Part shown: positions 19,697 through 28,915 of the stretch, piece by piece
Position numbering within the stretch: the stretch's first letter is position 1
Layout: each line of letters starts with the position of its first letter
Notes under the pieces: model-generated
Told to the model about the DNA's origin: nothing
The model's database searches: none
What the model saw: the letters and a program-made list of their open reading frames with translations, nothing else
Program-made: the position numbers and the translations under genes
Virus record (IMG/VR): IMGVR_UViG_2721755658_000003
Length of the DNA stretch: 37,505 nt
Source of the DNA: a virus
Taxonomy: Duplodnaviria; Heunggongvirae; Uroviricota; Caudoviricetes
Strand: one strand, 5' to 3'

Positions 19697-20062
19697 CTAT
19701 TGCGCCATCTGATTACGGGTGATCCAGAAGGCAATAACGGTCAGTAGATAAAAGACCAGGGTAATAGCCCACCCCGTCCATGCGAGACTTACAACAATCA
19801 GCAATCGCATCACCCAACTGATAAATACGTATTCTTTTCGGGTAATTGTCTTCAGCAAAGATGCCCTTAACTCCTGCCAGAGCGGGCCATTCTGAATTAA
19901 CGCAGCCAGTGCTACCGGAATTACCGCCCATGTCAGCAAACAGGCTACCCAAACGCCGGACGCTGCCAGTACCGGAAAGATCCCCTGCGGATACACCATT
20001 GCTGCGATTAACAGCGCCATCCATAACATCAGAAACAGTCCGCTGATTAATTTCTTTTTCAT
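19697..20062 (-). CDS. LysA-like membrane protein (lysis timing)
   Basis: Start at MKKKLISGLF (ATG 20062, just past the K stop); multiple predicted TM helices. Confidence 0.6.
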   Translation of the reverse strand: MKKKLISGLFLMLWMALLIAAMVYPQGIFPVLAASGVWVACLLTWAVIPVALAALIQNGPLWQELRASLLKTITRKEYVFISWVMRLLIVVSLAWTGWAITLVFYLLTVIAFWITRNQMAQ

Positions 20063-20063
20063 T

Positions 20064-20576
20064 TCAGTTTGCTCCCTGTAAACACCAGGCCATCTCCCGC
20101 GCACGGCGGTTATCCAGCCCCTGATTAAACACACCTTTTACATAAACCCAGCGCGGCAACTGTCGGCACGCATCCGCCCAGCGCCGCTGATTGAGCAATT
20201 TCACCAGCGTGGAACTACAGGCATTGCCCGTCCCCACGTTGAAGGCAAACGACACCGTAGCGTCATACACCTTCTGTGGTGGCTGTTGCTTCACACACCT
20301 TTCCAGTGCCCGCTCCACACGCAGCACGTTGGAGATCAGCCCTTCTGCTGCCTGTCGTTCCGTGATTGTTTTGCCGGGAATGACGCCCGATGTATTACCA
20401 ATGCCGTCGGTCCAGACACCCGCGCTGCACTGATACGGCTGCAGACGACAGCCTTCGTAATCGGCAATCAGTTTCAGTCCCTCCACGGAGGTGTGAAGCT
20501 GCTGAAAACCCGGCAGCGTGGCAGCAATAGCCAGCACGACCCCGACAAGGCAGCGTTTAACGATTGATGGATTCAT
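20064..20576 (-). CDS. endolysin (gpK-like lysozyme), possibly signal-anchor-release type
   Basis: 170-aa ORF with hydrophobic N-terminus (CLVGVVLAIAATLPG) and a lysozyme-like body; follows the holin. Confidence 0.75.
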   Translation of the reverse strand: MNPSIVKRCLVGVVLAIAATLPGFQQLHTSVEGLKLIADYEGCRLQPYQCSAGVWTDGIGNTSGVIPGKTITERQAAEGLISNVLRVERALERCVKQQPPQKVYDATVSFAFNVGTGNACSSTLVKLLNQRRWADACRQLPRWVYVKGVFNQGLDNRRAREMAWCLQGAN

Positions 20577-20772
20577 AGTCCTCCCGCGTGATCTGCCCGT
20601 CGCGCAGAAGCTGGTAGGCTTTGTGTTTGTAGTACCAGTTGATAGCCAGCATCAGCACACCGATCATCAGGCCGCCCAGCGTTGAGGCATCCTTGATGGA
20701 CAAATCGCCCAGCCAGGCCAGCACGACGGCGATGCAATACGTGATAAAGGCGCTGATTCGCTCAAGCGTCAT
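20557..20772 (-). CDS. holin (gpY-like)
   Basis: 71-aa ORF with two hydrophobic helices and a charged C-terminus, directly upstream of the endolysin. Confidence 0.65.
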   Translation of the reverse strand: MTLERISAFITYCIAVVLAWLGDLSIKDASTLGGLMIGVLMLAINWYYKHKAYQLLRDGQITREDYESINR

Positions 20773-20775
20773 AAT

Positions 20776-20979
20776 TCAGTCCCATAGCTGGACGGTCTGC
20801 ACGGTGGTGGTTGTCGGAATGTCCGGCAGCTCCACCTGCAGCCCGTGAGGTAAAAAGGGGCCGTATTCGGCAAGCCCCGGATTTGCCTTCAGTACCTGCT
20901 CCGTGACACCCTGCGTGCGCCCGTAATGACGCCAGCAAAGCGCGTCCACCGTGTCATACTGATGCGCACGCACTTTCAT
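20776..20979 (-). CDS. tail protein X
   Basis: 67-aa ORF, same size and position as P2 X. Confidence 0.7.
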   Translation of the reverse strand: MKVRAHQYDTVDALCWRHYGRTQGVTEQVLKANPGLAEYGPFLPHGLQVELPDIPTTTTVQTVQLWD

Positions 20980-21443
20980 CAGATAAGCTCCACAGTGCAG
21001 TGCGGCGCATCCTGTACCCGGCTGATGGCCCAGCGGGCGTCACGCCATAAATCACCGCTGGCTTCCGCCAGTTCCTCGCCCCGCTTCACACCGGATGCCG
21101 TGGCGTCATAGTCCTGGTAACGTTCGTTGAGCATGGCGCGTGCCCAGCAGTAAACCGCGTTGAAATAGTGCTGAATGCGCTCACTTTTCCCATCCAGCTG
21201 TTCTGCCGGAACCTCTGCCAGCGAGGCATATCCCAGCATCTGCTGGCGTCTGCGAAACTCATACAGCTCTGCGTTGACCTCCGAAATTGCCGACAGGGCA
21301 ACCTGTTTTAAACGCGGCTGCGTCACCGTGCCGTCAGTGCGCATCACACTGCGAAACTCCGACAGGTCCACATCAGGCCAGAACGGCGTATTTCTGATGA
21401 TTTCCGCTTGTTCCGGTGCCTGTTCTGGCGCAACAAACTTCAT
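20979..21443 (-). CDS. head completion/stabilisation protein (gpL-like)
   Basis: Start at MKFVAPEQ (ATG 21443, SD AGGAGA upstream); NAELYEF...DLWRDARWA resembles P2 L. Confidence 0.75.
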   Translation of the reverse strand: MKFVAPEQAPEQAEIIRNTPFWPDVDLSEFRSVMRTDGTVTQPRLKQVALSAISEVNAELYEFRRRQQMLGYASLAEVPAEQLDGKSERIQHYFNAVYCWARAMLNERYQDYDATASGVKRGEELAEASGDLWRDARWAISRVQDAPHCTVELI

Positions 21444-21538
21444 GCTGCTTTCTCCTGAAATAGAGGGCGGTGGACGGGGTTTTGATGTGGCAGTGCCTTT
21501 CGCCACCCCGTGCCGCCCGTGCGCAGGGGCACGTTCTG

Positions 21539-22189
21539 TCAGCGGCTGTCATTGCGCAGTCTGCGCTCCAGCTGCTGTTTGTCTTTTTTCACGCCACAGC
21601 GGGGATCGAGCTGTAACGCATGGTTGAGATGATTAAGGGCGGAAGCCGGATTGCTTTCACTCAGGACAGCGCCAATCGCTTTATGCAGACGCGCCCGTGA
21701 CTGGTCCGGCATATCCAGACCGTCTGTCAGCTCCAGCGTCTGCAGCAACAGATCGACATCGAAGCCGGTGGCGGCAAGCATTGCGCTCTGCGCCGCGTCT
21801 GCCATTTCCTCTGCCAGCACGGTCTGCACGTTGCGGTTACCCAGCGGCATCACCCAGCCATGACGCAGGGCATGACGCCCGATCTCCAGCGCCCCGGCAT
21901 AATCTCCGGCATCAATGCGCCACAGCATCACGTACATCAGCACGTCATCCTGTTGAGCGCCTCCGGCAGCCAGGACACCCTCCGCCCAGGCGGCGTACTT
22001 CGGCAGCAGCTCCACCTTGATTTCCGCTTTTTTGACCGTGGACTGAACGCCCTTGAGACGGCGGCGGTCTTCCGCCAGTTGCAGCAGCATCAGGTCATAG
22101 CCCGACGCGTGGCGAACACTGCCGCCCTCACGGGCGGCCTGTTCAGCCTGAACGCGCAGGCGATGCTGCCGTGCGGGACTCAGGCTCAT
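21539..22189 (-). CDS. terminase small/endonuclease subunit (gpM-like)
   Basis: 216-aa ORF at the P2 M position downstream of N. Confidence 0.75.
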   Translation of the reverse strand: MSLSPARQHRLRVQAEQAAREGGSVRHASGYDLMLLQLAEDRRRLKGVQSTVKKAEIKVELLPKYAAWAEGVLAAGGAQQDDVLMYVMLWRIDAGDYAGALEIGRHALRHGWVMPLGNRNVQTVLAEEMADAAQSAMLAATGFDVDLLLQTLELTDGLDMPDQSRARLHKAIGAVLSESNPASALNHLNHALQLDPRCGVKKDKQQLERRLRNDSR

Positions 22190-22192
22190 GAA

Positions 22193-23251
22193 TTACGCTC
22201 CGGCTTCTGCTGCAGCGGCGCTGAAATCGCCAATCTGGATGTTTTCCACCAGTGCGGCGCAGCGGTAGTCCTCAACCACATAGGCTTCGTTAACGGATTC
22301 AAAGTTTTCAATCCGGTCACGTTTCGGGTTGTCGATAACTGAACGGCGGCGGGTGTCTTCCTGCCAGTAGATGGACAGGTTATCCAGACGGGTGATCAGC
22401 AGCGCATTCGGCGGGAAGAACGGCGCACGCACGGCCTGCAGGCCCCCCATGCGTTTCTGACTGATGATCATATCGGCAGCCAGTTTTTCACTGTTTTCCT
22501 GCTCTTTGTTGACCAGCGGGAAATACTTGTCAGACAACAGTTCACGACCGCAAATCACCACCAGATCGTCATCGTCCTGGTAAACCACGTCGATAAGCTC
22601 ATTGACCGCATCCATCACCACAGCGTCCAGGTTGGCATATTCGCCACCTTTCCCGACTTTCACCGCACCCGGTGTGGTTTCACCGCCCGTGGTGGTACTG
22701 CCCATGACGTGATCCGGTGCATCCTCACGGATTTTCTGCAGCCAGCCTTTGTTCACATCCTGCAGCAGCGGGTTTTCGCTACGGTTGGAGGTTTTCGCAC
22801 GCTTCACGCCGTTAAAGCCGATCATGATGCGGTCCAGTGCCTGACGTTTCACGATGGCGTTACGGATACGCACCTGGAAATCCTGAAACTTCGCCCACAG
22901 GTCCAGCTTCGCGTAGGTCAGCACCGTGTCAAAGTTGGTCTGCTCGCATTTATATTCCACATCGACCATCAGCGTCGGATCGACAGGCTCACGCTCTTTT
23001 GCGGTGGTATCAGTGGTTCCGGCAATGGTGCTGCCAACTCCCAACCCCAGCAACTGCCCAGACTGCTCAGTCACTGGCGTGACGTTAATCAGCGTCAGGA
23101 AAGCGGCGGACTGCTGGATCTGGTCTTCCAGCGTCTGCTGTACAGACGGCTCCACGGTGAACTTGCTGGACAGTTCTTCAACTGCCACACCGTTCAGACG
23201 CGCCAGCTGCTGCAGGTAAGCGTTAAAAGCAAAGCGGGTATTCTTCTTCAT
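22193..23251 (-). CDS. major capsid protein (gpN-like)
   Basis: 352-aa ORF; size and position of P2 N. Confidence 0.85.
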   Translation of the reverse strand: MKKNTRFAFNAYLQQLARLNGVAVEELSSKFTVEPSVQQTLEDQIQQSAAFLTLINVTPVTEQSGQLLGLGVGSTIAGTTDTTAKEREPVDPTLMVDVEYKCEQTNFDTVLTYAKLDLWAKFQDFQVRIRNAIVKRQALDRIMIGFNGVKRAKTSNRSENPLLQDVNKGWLQKIREDAPDHVMGSTTTGGETTPGAVKVGKGGEYANLDAVVMDAVNELIDVVYQDDDDLVVICGRELLSDKYFPLVNKEQENSEKLAADMIISQKRMGGLQAVRAPFFPPNALLITRLDNLSIYWQEDTRRRSVIDNPKRDRIENFESVNEAYVVEDYRCAALVENIQIGDFSAAAAEAGA

Positions 23252-23267
23252 CAGGTTTTGTGCTCCA

Positions 23268-24101
23268 TCAGCAATTGGTCAGAGTGTCAGCGGGGGCGTT
23301 ACCGCCTGTTGCACGCTGGCGGTAGTCCTGGCGGCTGTCTTCATGGCTCAGCTTATTCACCAGTTCGTTAAAGGCGGTTTGCTGCTCCTGCAGAGCAGTC
23401 TCCAGCTCAGACAGGCGTTCTTCCTGCTCAGACAGGGATTTTTCGGTGCGTGCGCTCAGGTTCTGCTGCTCAGTGGCGACCAGCTCCACGGCTTTATGCA
23501 CATCAGAGAACCGGGCATCGTCTGACTGCTCTTTTTTGGTGAACAGCGCCGTGACGCGGGCAAACAGGGACGGTTTGTCATCCTGGATTTCTTCCAGTTC
23601 GATCACCGTTTCCTCTGCAGCGGTAAAGAGATTGGCGGGATTCTGCTTGCGGTTTGCCAGCGGGTTATGGGCTGCACTGGCGCTGAATGTCAGCATTTCC
23701 GTACCCAGACTGGCGGGATCATCAGTGGCAGCCAGGCCAACCAGGTAGGCTTTGCCCGTATCAGCGAACTTCGGGCTGACTTCCATAGAGGTGAATAATT
23801 TCTGGCCTTTTTTCACCAGTTCCACCAGGGATTCCGTTGGCTCAACGTCGGCATACAGCGCCATCTTGCCAGCCAGCGGACCTTCCGTGATTTCTTCAGC
23901 AAACAGCGCCGTCACCTTGCCGTAGCGGTTAAAGGTGCTGTCCGGCAGATAAGACTTGATATGCTCAAGGTTAATCAGCGCGGTATACACCGCCGGGTTG
24001 TAGCTGGCTGCCATCTGTTCCAGCCATTCACGCTGGATTTCGCGTCCGTCGGTAGTGGCACCTTCCACCCCGATGCGAAAACGCTTTGCTTTCACTGTCA
24101 T
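23268..24101 (-). CDS. capsid scaffolding protein (gpO-like)
   Basis: 277-aa ORF with coiled-coil C-terminus, first gene of the head operon, divergent from P. Confidence 0.8.
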   Translation of the reverse strand: MTVKAKRFRIGVEGATTDGREIQREWLEQMAASYNPAVYTALINLEHIKSYLPDSTFNRYGKVTALFAEEITEGPLAGKMALYADVEPTESLVELVKKGQKLFTSMEVSPKFADTGKAYLVGLAATDDPASLGTEMLTFSASAAHNPLANRKQNPANLFTAAEETVIELEEIQDDKPSLFARVTALFTKKEQSDDARFSDVHKAVELVATEQQNLSARTEKSLSEQEERLSELETALQEQQTAFNELVNKLSHEDSRQDYRQRATGGNAPADTLTNC

Positions 24102-24178
24102 GAGCCGTGCTCCGTTAGAAAAAACTTACTGGAGCCTTATGGTTGCGGTGATGGGGGCAGTGAAACAATGCGCGGTAT

Positions 24179-24199
24179 TTGTACCGACAACCACACAAA
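24179..24199. promoter_or_regulatory. Ogr-type late activator binding site in the O/P divergent promoter region
   Basis: TTGTACCGACAACCACACAAA, a TGT-N12-ACA dyad ~85 bp upstream of the O start; arms identical to the site upstream of FI. Confidence 0.5.
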
Positions 24200-24243
24200 C
24201 CGCAGGCGGGGAAAGCCGTCATTCAAGGCTGTAGGTTTGTGCC

Positions 24244-26022
24244 ATGAACACCACACTGACACCCGCAGATCTCGATCCCCGTCGGCAGGCCATGCTGCTG
24301 TACTTTCAGGGATACCGCGTAGCCCGCATTGCTGAAATGCTGGGCGAGAAAGTTGCAACCGTTCACAGCTGGAAAAAACGCGACAAGTGGGGTGACTATG
24401 GGCCGCTGGATCAGATGCAGCTCACCACCGCCGCACGCTACTGCCAGCTCATTATGAAGGAGCACAAAGAAGGGAAAGATTTCAAAGAGATTGACCTGCT
24501 GGCGCGCCAGTCTGAGCGCCACGCGCGGATCGGCAAGTTTAACAATGGCGGCAACGAAGCCGACTTAAACCCTAACGTCGCCAACCGCAACAAAGGCCCG
24601 CGCCGTCAGCCGGAAAAGAATGTTTTCACCGATGAACAAATTGAGAAGCTGGAAGAAATTTTCCATTCCTCCATGTTCAACTACCAGCGCCACTGGTGGG
24701 AAGCCGGAAAAACCAACCGCATCCGCAACCTGCTAAAGTCACGCCAGATCGGCGCGACCTTCTATTTTGCCCGTGAAGCCCTGATTGACGCCCTGCTTAC
24801 CGGACGTAACCAGATTTTCCTTTCTGCCAGTAAGGCACAGGCTCACGTCTTTAAGCAGTACATCATCGATTTCGCCAAAGAAGTCGAGGTGGAGCTGAAA
24901 GGTGATCCGATGGTGCTTCCTAACGGGGCCACGCTTTACTTCCTCGGCACCAATGCCCGCACGGCCCAGAGTTACCACGGCAACCTGTATCTGGATGAAT
25001 ATTTCTGGATACCGAAATTCCAGGAGCTGCGCAAAGTGGCTTCCGGTATGGCTATTCACAAAAAATGGCGACAGACCTATTTTTCCACACCATCCAGTCT
25101 GACACACAGTGCTTATCCGTTCTGGTCCGGTGCGCTGTTCAACCGAGGGCGCAACAAAGCCGATAAGGTGGACATCGACCTGTCCCACAGCAATCTGGCC
25201 CCCGGCCTGCTGTGTGCAGACGGGCAGTACCGCCAGATAGTCACCGTGGAAGATGCGGTGCGGGGCGGCTGTAACCTGTTCGACCTCGACCAGTTGCGCA
25301 TGGAGTACAGCCCGGACGAATACCAGAACCTGCTGATGTGTGAGTTTGTGGACGATCTCGCGTCCGTGTTCCCGCTCAGCGAGCTGCAAGCGTGCATGGT
25401 GGACAGCTGGGAAGTCTGGACCGACTTTCATGCACTGGCCCTGCGCCCGTTTGGCTGGCGCGAAGTGTGGATCGGTTATGACCCGGCAAAAGGTACGCAG
25501 AACGGCGACAGTGCCGGATGCGTGGTGGTGGCACCGCCAGCCGTGCCGGGTGGTAAGTTCCGCATTCTTGAGCGTCACCAGTGGCGCGGGATGGACTTCC
25601 GCGCCCAGGCTGACGCCATCAAAAAACTGACCGAGCAGTACAACGTGACCTACATCGGCATCGACTCGACAGGTGTCGGCCACGGGGTTTACGAGAACGT
25701 GAAAGCGTTTTTTCCAGCCGTCCGGGAGTTTGTCTACAACCCCAACGTTAAAAACGCCCTGGTACTCAAGGCCTACGACATTATCAGTCACCATCGTCTG
25801 GAGTTTGACGCCGGACACACCGACATTGCGCAGTCATTCATGGCAATCCGTCGCGCAACCACCGCCAGCGGCAACCGCCCGACCTATGAAGCCAGCCGCA
25901 GCGAAGAAGCCAGCCACGCCGATCTGGCCTGGGCAACGATGCACGCATTGTTTAACGAACCGCTGCAGGGCGAATCCGCCAATACCAGCAATATTGTGGA
26001 GATTTTTGATGGGAAAGAGTAA
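24244..26022 (+). CDS. terminase large subunit, ATPase (gpP-like)
   Basis: 592-aa ORF divergent from O; size matches P2 P; overlaps the Q start. Confidence 0.85.
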   Translation: MNTTLTPADLDPRRQAMLLYFQGYRVARIAEMLGEKVATVHSWKKRDKWGDYGPLDQMQLTTAARYCQLIMKEHKEGKDFKEIDLLARQSERHARIGKFNNGGNEADLNPNVANRNKGPRRQPEKNVFTDEQIEKLEEIFHSSMFNYQRHWWEAGKTNRIRNLLKSRQIGATFYFAREALIDALLTGRNQIFLSASKAQAHVFKQYIIDFAKEVEVELKGDPMVLPNGATLYFLGTNARTAQSYHGNLYLDEYFWIPKFQELRKVASGMAIHKKWRQTYFSTPSSLTHSAYPFWSGALFNRGRNKADKVDIDLSHSNLAPGLLCADGQYRQIVTVEDAVRGGCNLFDLDQLRMEYSPDEYQNLLMCEFVDDLASVFPLSELQACMVDSWEVWTDFHALALRPFGWREVWIGYDPAKGTQNGDSAGCVVVAPPAVPGGKFRILERHQWRGMDFRAQADAIKKLTEQYNVTYIGIDSTGVGHGVYENVKAFFPAVREFVYNPNVKNALVLKAYDIISHHRLEFDAGHTDIAQSFMAIRRATTASGNRPTYEASRSEEASHADLAWATMHALFNEPLQGESANTSNIVEIFDGKE

Positions 26023-27043
26023 GAAGAACCGCGCTGCGGCGACGAAACAGATCCAGCTTAAAAGCCAGACTACAGCCGAAGCATTCAGCTTCGGCGATCC
26101 CGTTCCTGTTCTGGACCGCCGAGAATTACTGGACTATGTGGAATGCGTACAGATGGACCGTTGGTATGAGCCGCCCGTCAGCTTTGACGGACTGGCGCGC
26201 ACCTTCCGCGCTGCAGTGCATCACAGTTCCCCGATTGCAGTAAAGTGCAACATTCTGACCAGTACCTACATCCCTCACCCGCTGCTCAGCCAGCAGGCTT
26301 TTTCACGTTTTGTGCAGGACTATCTGGTATTTGGTAACGCCTACCTGGAGAAACGCACGAACCGATTCGGTGAAGTTATCGCCCTTGAGCCTGCGCTGGC
26401 AAAATACACCCGACGCGGGTTAGACCTGGATACCTACTGGTTTGTGCAATACGGCATGACTACACAGCCGTATCAGTTCACGAAAGGCAGCATTTTTCAC
26501 CTGATGGAACCGGATATCAACCAGGAGATCTACGGCCTGCCCGGTTATCTTTCTGCCATTCCGTCAGCCCTGCTCAACGAGTCCGCCACGCTGTTCCGCC
26601 GCAAGTATTACATTAACGGCAGCCACGCAGGCTTCATCATGTACATGACCGACGCCGCGCAGAACCAGGAGGATGTAAACAACCTCCGTAACGCGATGAA
26701 AAGCGCCAAAGGACCAGGCAACTTCCGTAACCTGTTTATGTACTCGCCGAACGGCAAAAAGGACGGGCTTCAGATCATCCCATTGTCTGAAGTCGCGGCA
26801 AAGGATGAGTTTCTGAATATCAAAAATGTTAGTCGCGATGACATGATGGCGGCACACCGCGTGCCGCCGCAAATGATGGGGATTATGCCTAATAATGTTG
26901 GGGGGTTTGGGGATGTGGAGAAAGCGAGCCTCGTCTTTGTCCGCAATGAGCTGATGCCATTGCAGAAACGACTGCAGGAACTGAATGATTGGGCCGGAGA
27001 TGAAATTATTTCATTCGCACCATATGTTTTAGGGACATATTAA
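26009..27043 (+). CDS. portal protein (gpQ-like)
   Basis: Start at ATG 26009 (MGKSKKNR), overlapping the P stop; 344 aa as in P2 Q; the ORF track's upstream extension to 25730 lies inside P. Confidence 0.8.
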   Translation: MGKSKKNRAAATKQIQLKSQTTAEAFSFGDPVPVLDRRELLDYVECVQMDRWYEPPVSFDGLARTFRAAVHHSSPIAVKCNILTSTYIPHPLLSQQAFSRFVQDYLVFGNAYLEKRTNRFGEVIALEPALAKYTRRGLDLDTYWFVQYGMTTQPYQFTKGSIFHLMEPDINQEIYGLPGYLSAIPSALLNESATLFRRKYYINGSHAGFIMYMTDAAQNQEDVNNLRNAMKSAKGPGNFRNLFMYSPNGKKDGLQIIPLSEVAAKDEFLNIKNVSRDDMMAAHRVPPQMMGIMPNNVGGFGDVEKASLVFVRNELMPLQKRLQELNDWAGDEIISFAPYVLGTY

Positions 27044-27047
27044 TACT

Positions 27048-27069
27048 AAGCCGCTCTTGAGAGCGGCTT
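27048..27069. terminator. bidirectional hairpin between convergent Q and the SEFIR-like gene
   Basis: Stem AAGCCGCTC / GAGCGGCTT with 4-nt loop, in the 29-bp gap between the two stop codons. Confidence 0.4.
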
Positions 27070-27072
27070 GCA

Positions 27073-28512
27073 TCATTTTATAGAATCAAGGTTATCGGCG
27101 TTCATCATACTTTCAAAACCAGTTCCCATACGTCCATATCTAACCCCTGAATTATGCATACTCTGAGCGCCGGCCTTAACCTTCAATTTGATCTCTTGCG
27201 CTGACGCTATCCCAGCAATCATTGCTAAATATTCAAAATACTTATGCTGTGTCGCTCTTAAAAATAGTTCAGGTCTATAATTATAACTCGCATAATAAAT
27301 AGTGCATGGATACCAATAGACACCATCATTACAAAATGAATAAAAAAGAACTAGCACATCAGCCTGCATAAGATCAGAAAAGGTAATATCTTCCCTATCT
27401 GCATTTCTTTTAATTAGCTCTGCAACTGGAGAGTAATACCTTATATCTTCTTCAAAACCTGCCTGTAGCGTTTCAGAATCAGCTAAGAAAGCGCTAATTG
27501 ACACGAGTCTATGTTCCGGTGGTAACTGCCTATCACCAGAAAGGAATCTGGCAGATAAAATCGCACGTACTAATTGAAACTTCTCTAATCTAATCAATAT
27601 AGCAACTGAATATAAGAAAATTTCGTATGCAAATACCTTTTGTGCATCATACCAGTTTAATTGCCATGAACTGACATCGCTAGGAGCTTCGGTTAGTAAC
27701 AGAACTTTTTCAAAGAACTTTACTAGTTCTGTTGAAAATTCATCCTGCATCGTAAACTCTGCCTCAAGAGTTATCCATTCACACACATAATCCCTGATAG
27801 GCTTCATGGCAGCAACGTCGCTAATTATTTTCCTACCCATGCTTTGCAAATCATTTTGCTCTGGGCGAGCTCGGATTCTCATCCCGTCAAGGTACTTGAC
27901 TACTGAATCAACGAAATCACGCCGATAATAACTAACACCTGCCCTATTTTGCAAAACAGCTTGTTTCAAGCTATTAAATTTTGCGTGTGGTTCACTCACC
28001 GGATCATATTGCCCACTATCTAAATAACTGGGTCTTTTTCCAAGCTTAGGTTTTATATCTGCTGGTTTTCCATTAAGCAGCCTTACTAACCGTTCCCAAT
28101 TTTGATTTTCTTTTTCTGGTGTTGAAAGGTCAATCCATATTAACGAACTCATAAAAACAGGAAGACAAGGTTCTGAATTCTCATCAAATTCACAAACAAT
28201 AGGTATAAATTTTGATTGTTCGACTTTTGTGTAGACTTGTTGAGAGATGATCTGGGATTCTGTGCCAACCCCACTTTGTTTGTTATCAGCTTTTTTTGCG
28301 TAAACTGAATCACACATCACAAGCACATTGGTGATACTTTTATCAACAATCATTTTTTCCATGAATGCGTTTTTATCATTGCCCTCCTTCAAATCATATA
28401 TGTCAATGACAACATCCACTCCATCACTCAAAAGTCTATCAGCTATTGCTTTAACTCTTTCCTTATGAGCTGGGCTACTCCAACTATATGATATAAAAAC
28501 TTTTGGCGTCAT
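27073..28512 (-). CDS. accessory protein with N-terminal SEFIR/TIR-like domain and uncharacterised C-terminal region; candidate defence protein
   Basis: N-terminus MTPKVFISYSWSSPAHKERVKAIADRLLSDGVDVVIDIYDL matches the SEFIR/TIR_2 signature; AT-rich; lies between cos and the portal gene. Confidence 0.65.
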   Translation of the reverse strand: MTPKVFISYSWSSPAHKERVKAIADRLLSDGVDVVIDIYDLKEGNDKNAFMEKMIVDKSITNVLVMCDSVYAKKADNKQSGVGTESQIISQQVYTKVEQSKFIPIVCEFDENSEPCLPVFMSSLIWIDLSTPEKENQNWERLVRLLNGKPADIKPKLGKRPSYLDSGQYDPVSEPHAKFNSLKQAVLQNRAGVSYYRRDFVDSVVKYLDGMRIRARPEQNDLQSMGRKIISDVAAMKPIRDYVCEWITLEAEFTMQDEFSTELVKFFEKVLLLTEAPSDVSSWQLNWYDAQKVFAYEIFLYSVAILIRLEKFQLVRAILSARFLSGDRQLPPEHRLVSISAFLADSETLQAGFEEDIRYYSPVAELIKRNADREDITFSDLMQADVLVLFYSFCNDGVYWYPCTIYYASYNYRPELFLRATQHKYFEYLAMIAGIASAQEIKLKVKAGAQSMHNSGVRYGRMGTGFESMMNADNLDSIK

Positions 28513-28723
28513 ACTCAGTCCTTATCGAATTTATTAGGTACTTGAGCACAAGTTACTGCTCACAGAGTTTTTCAGCAAGTTCTGTTCGCATCGGCAACAC
28601 CTGCGCTATTAGCTGCTCAGCAGCATTCTGCAGAGTGCTCTCCTTTTACCTGCAATTTAGACAGAAGTTGTCAACGTACCGGAGATTGCGCCGGATTTTC
28701 GCCATTTAACCCCGTTGCGCGCG

Positions 28724-28742
28724 CTCGTATCCCCGCCACGCC
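28724..28742 (-). other. cos-like cohesive-end site
   Basis: Minus-strand GGCGTGGCGGGGATACGAG followed by CGCGCGC resembles the P2 cohesive end GGCGAGGCGGGGAAAGCAC...GCGCGC as recalled from memory. Confidence 0.5.
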
Positions 28743-28782
28743 TGCCCGCTTTATGTAGTGGTTTTCATGCACCTGCATGATC

Positions 28783-28811
28783 TACGCAAAAGCCCGCCAG
28801 AACTGGCGGGC
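28783..28811 (-). terminator. terminator-like hairpin downstream of the lipoprotein gene
   Basis: Stem GCCCGCCAG / CTGGCGGGC followed on the minus strand by TTTTG. Confidence 0.35.
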
Positions 28812-28915
28812 CTTAACACAAAAGATCCTCAAACGATCATGCGATCTCATGCAGCATAGACATGCGCGTTTATGCAGAATGTGCAAAATCGTAACATACT
28901 CAGCAAGCGTGAAAC

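Noticed and set aside
22709-23371. 220-aa plus-strand ORF overlapping the capsid gene N and the start of O
   Set aside because: Antisense to the major capsid ORF; no independent signal.
24739-25818. 359-aa minus-strand ORF inside the terminase gene P
   Set aside because: Entirely antisense to the terminase ATPase ORF; low-complexity translation; gene order and conservation favour P.
25730-26008. Upstream extension of the portal ORF given by the ORF track (start at 25730)
   Set aside because: This part lies within the 3' end of P in another frame; the ATG at 26009 overlaps the P stop and gives the expected P2-like portal length.
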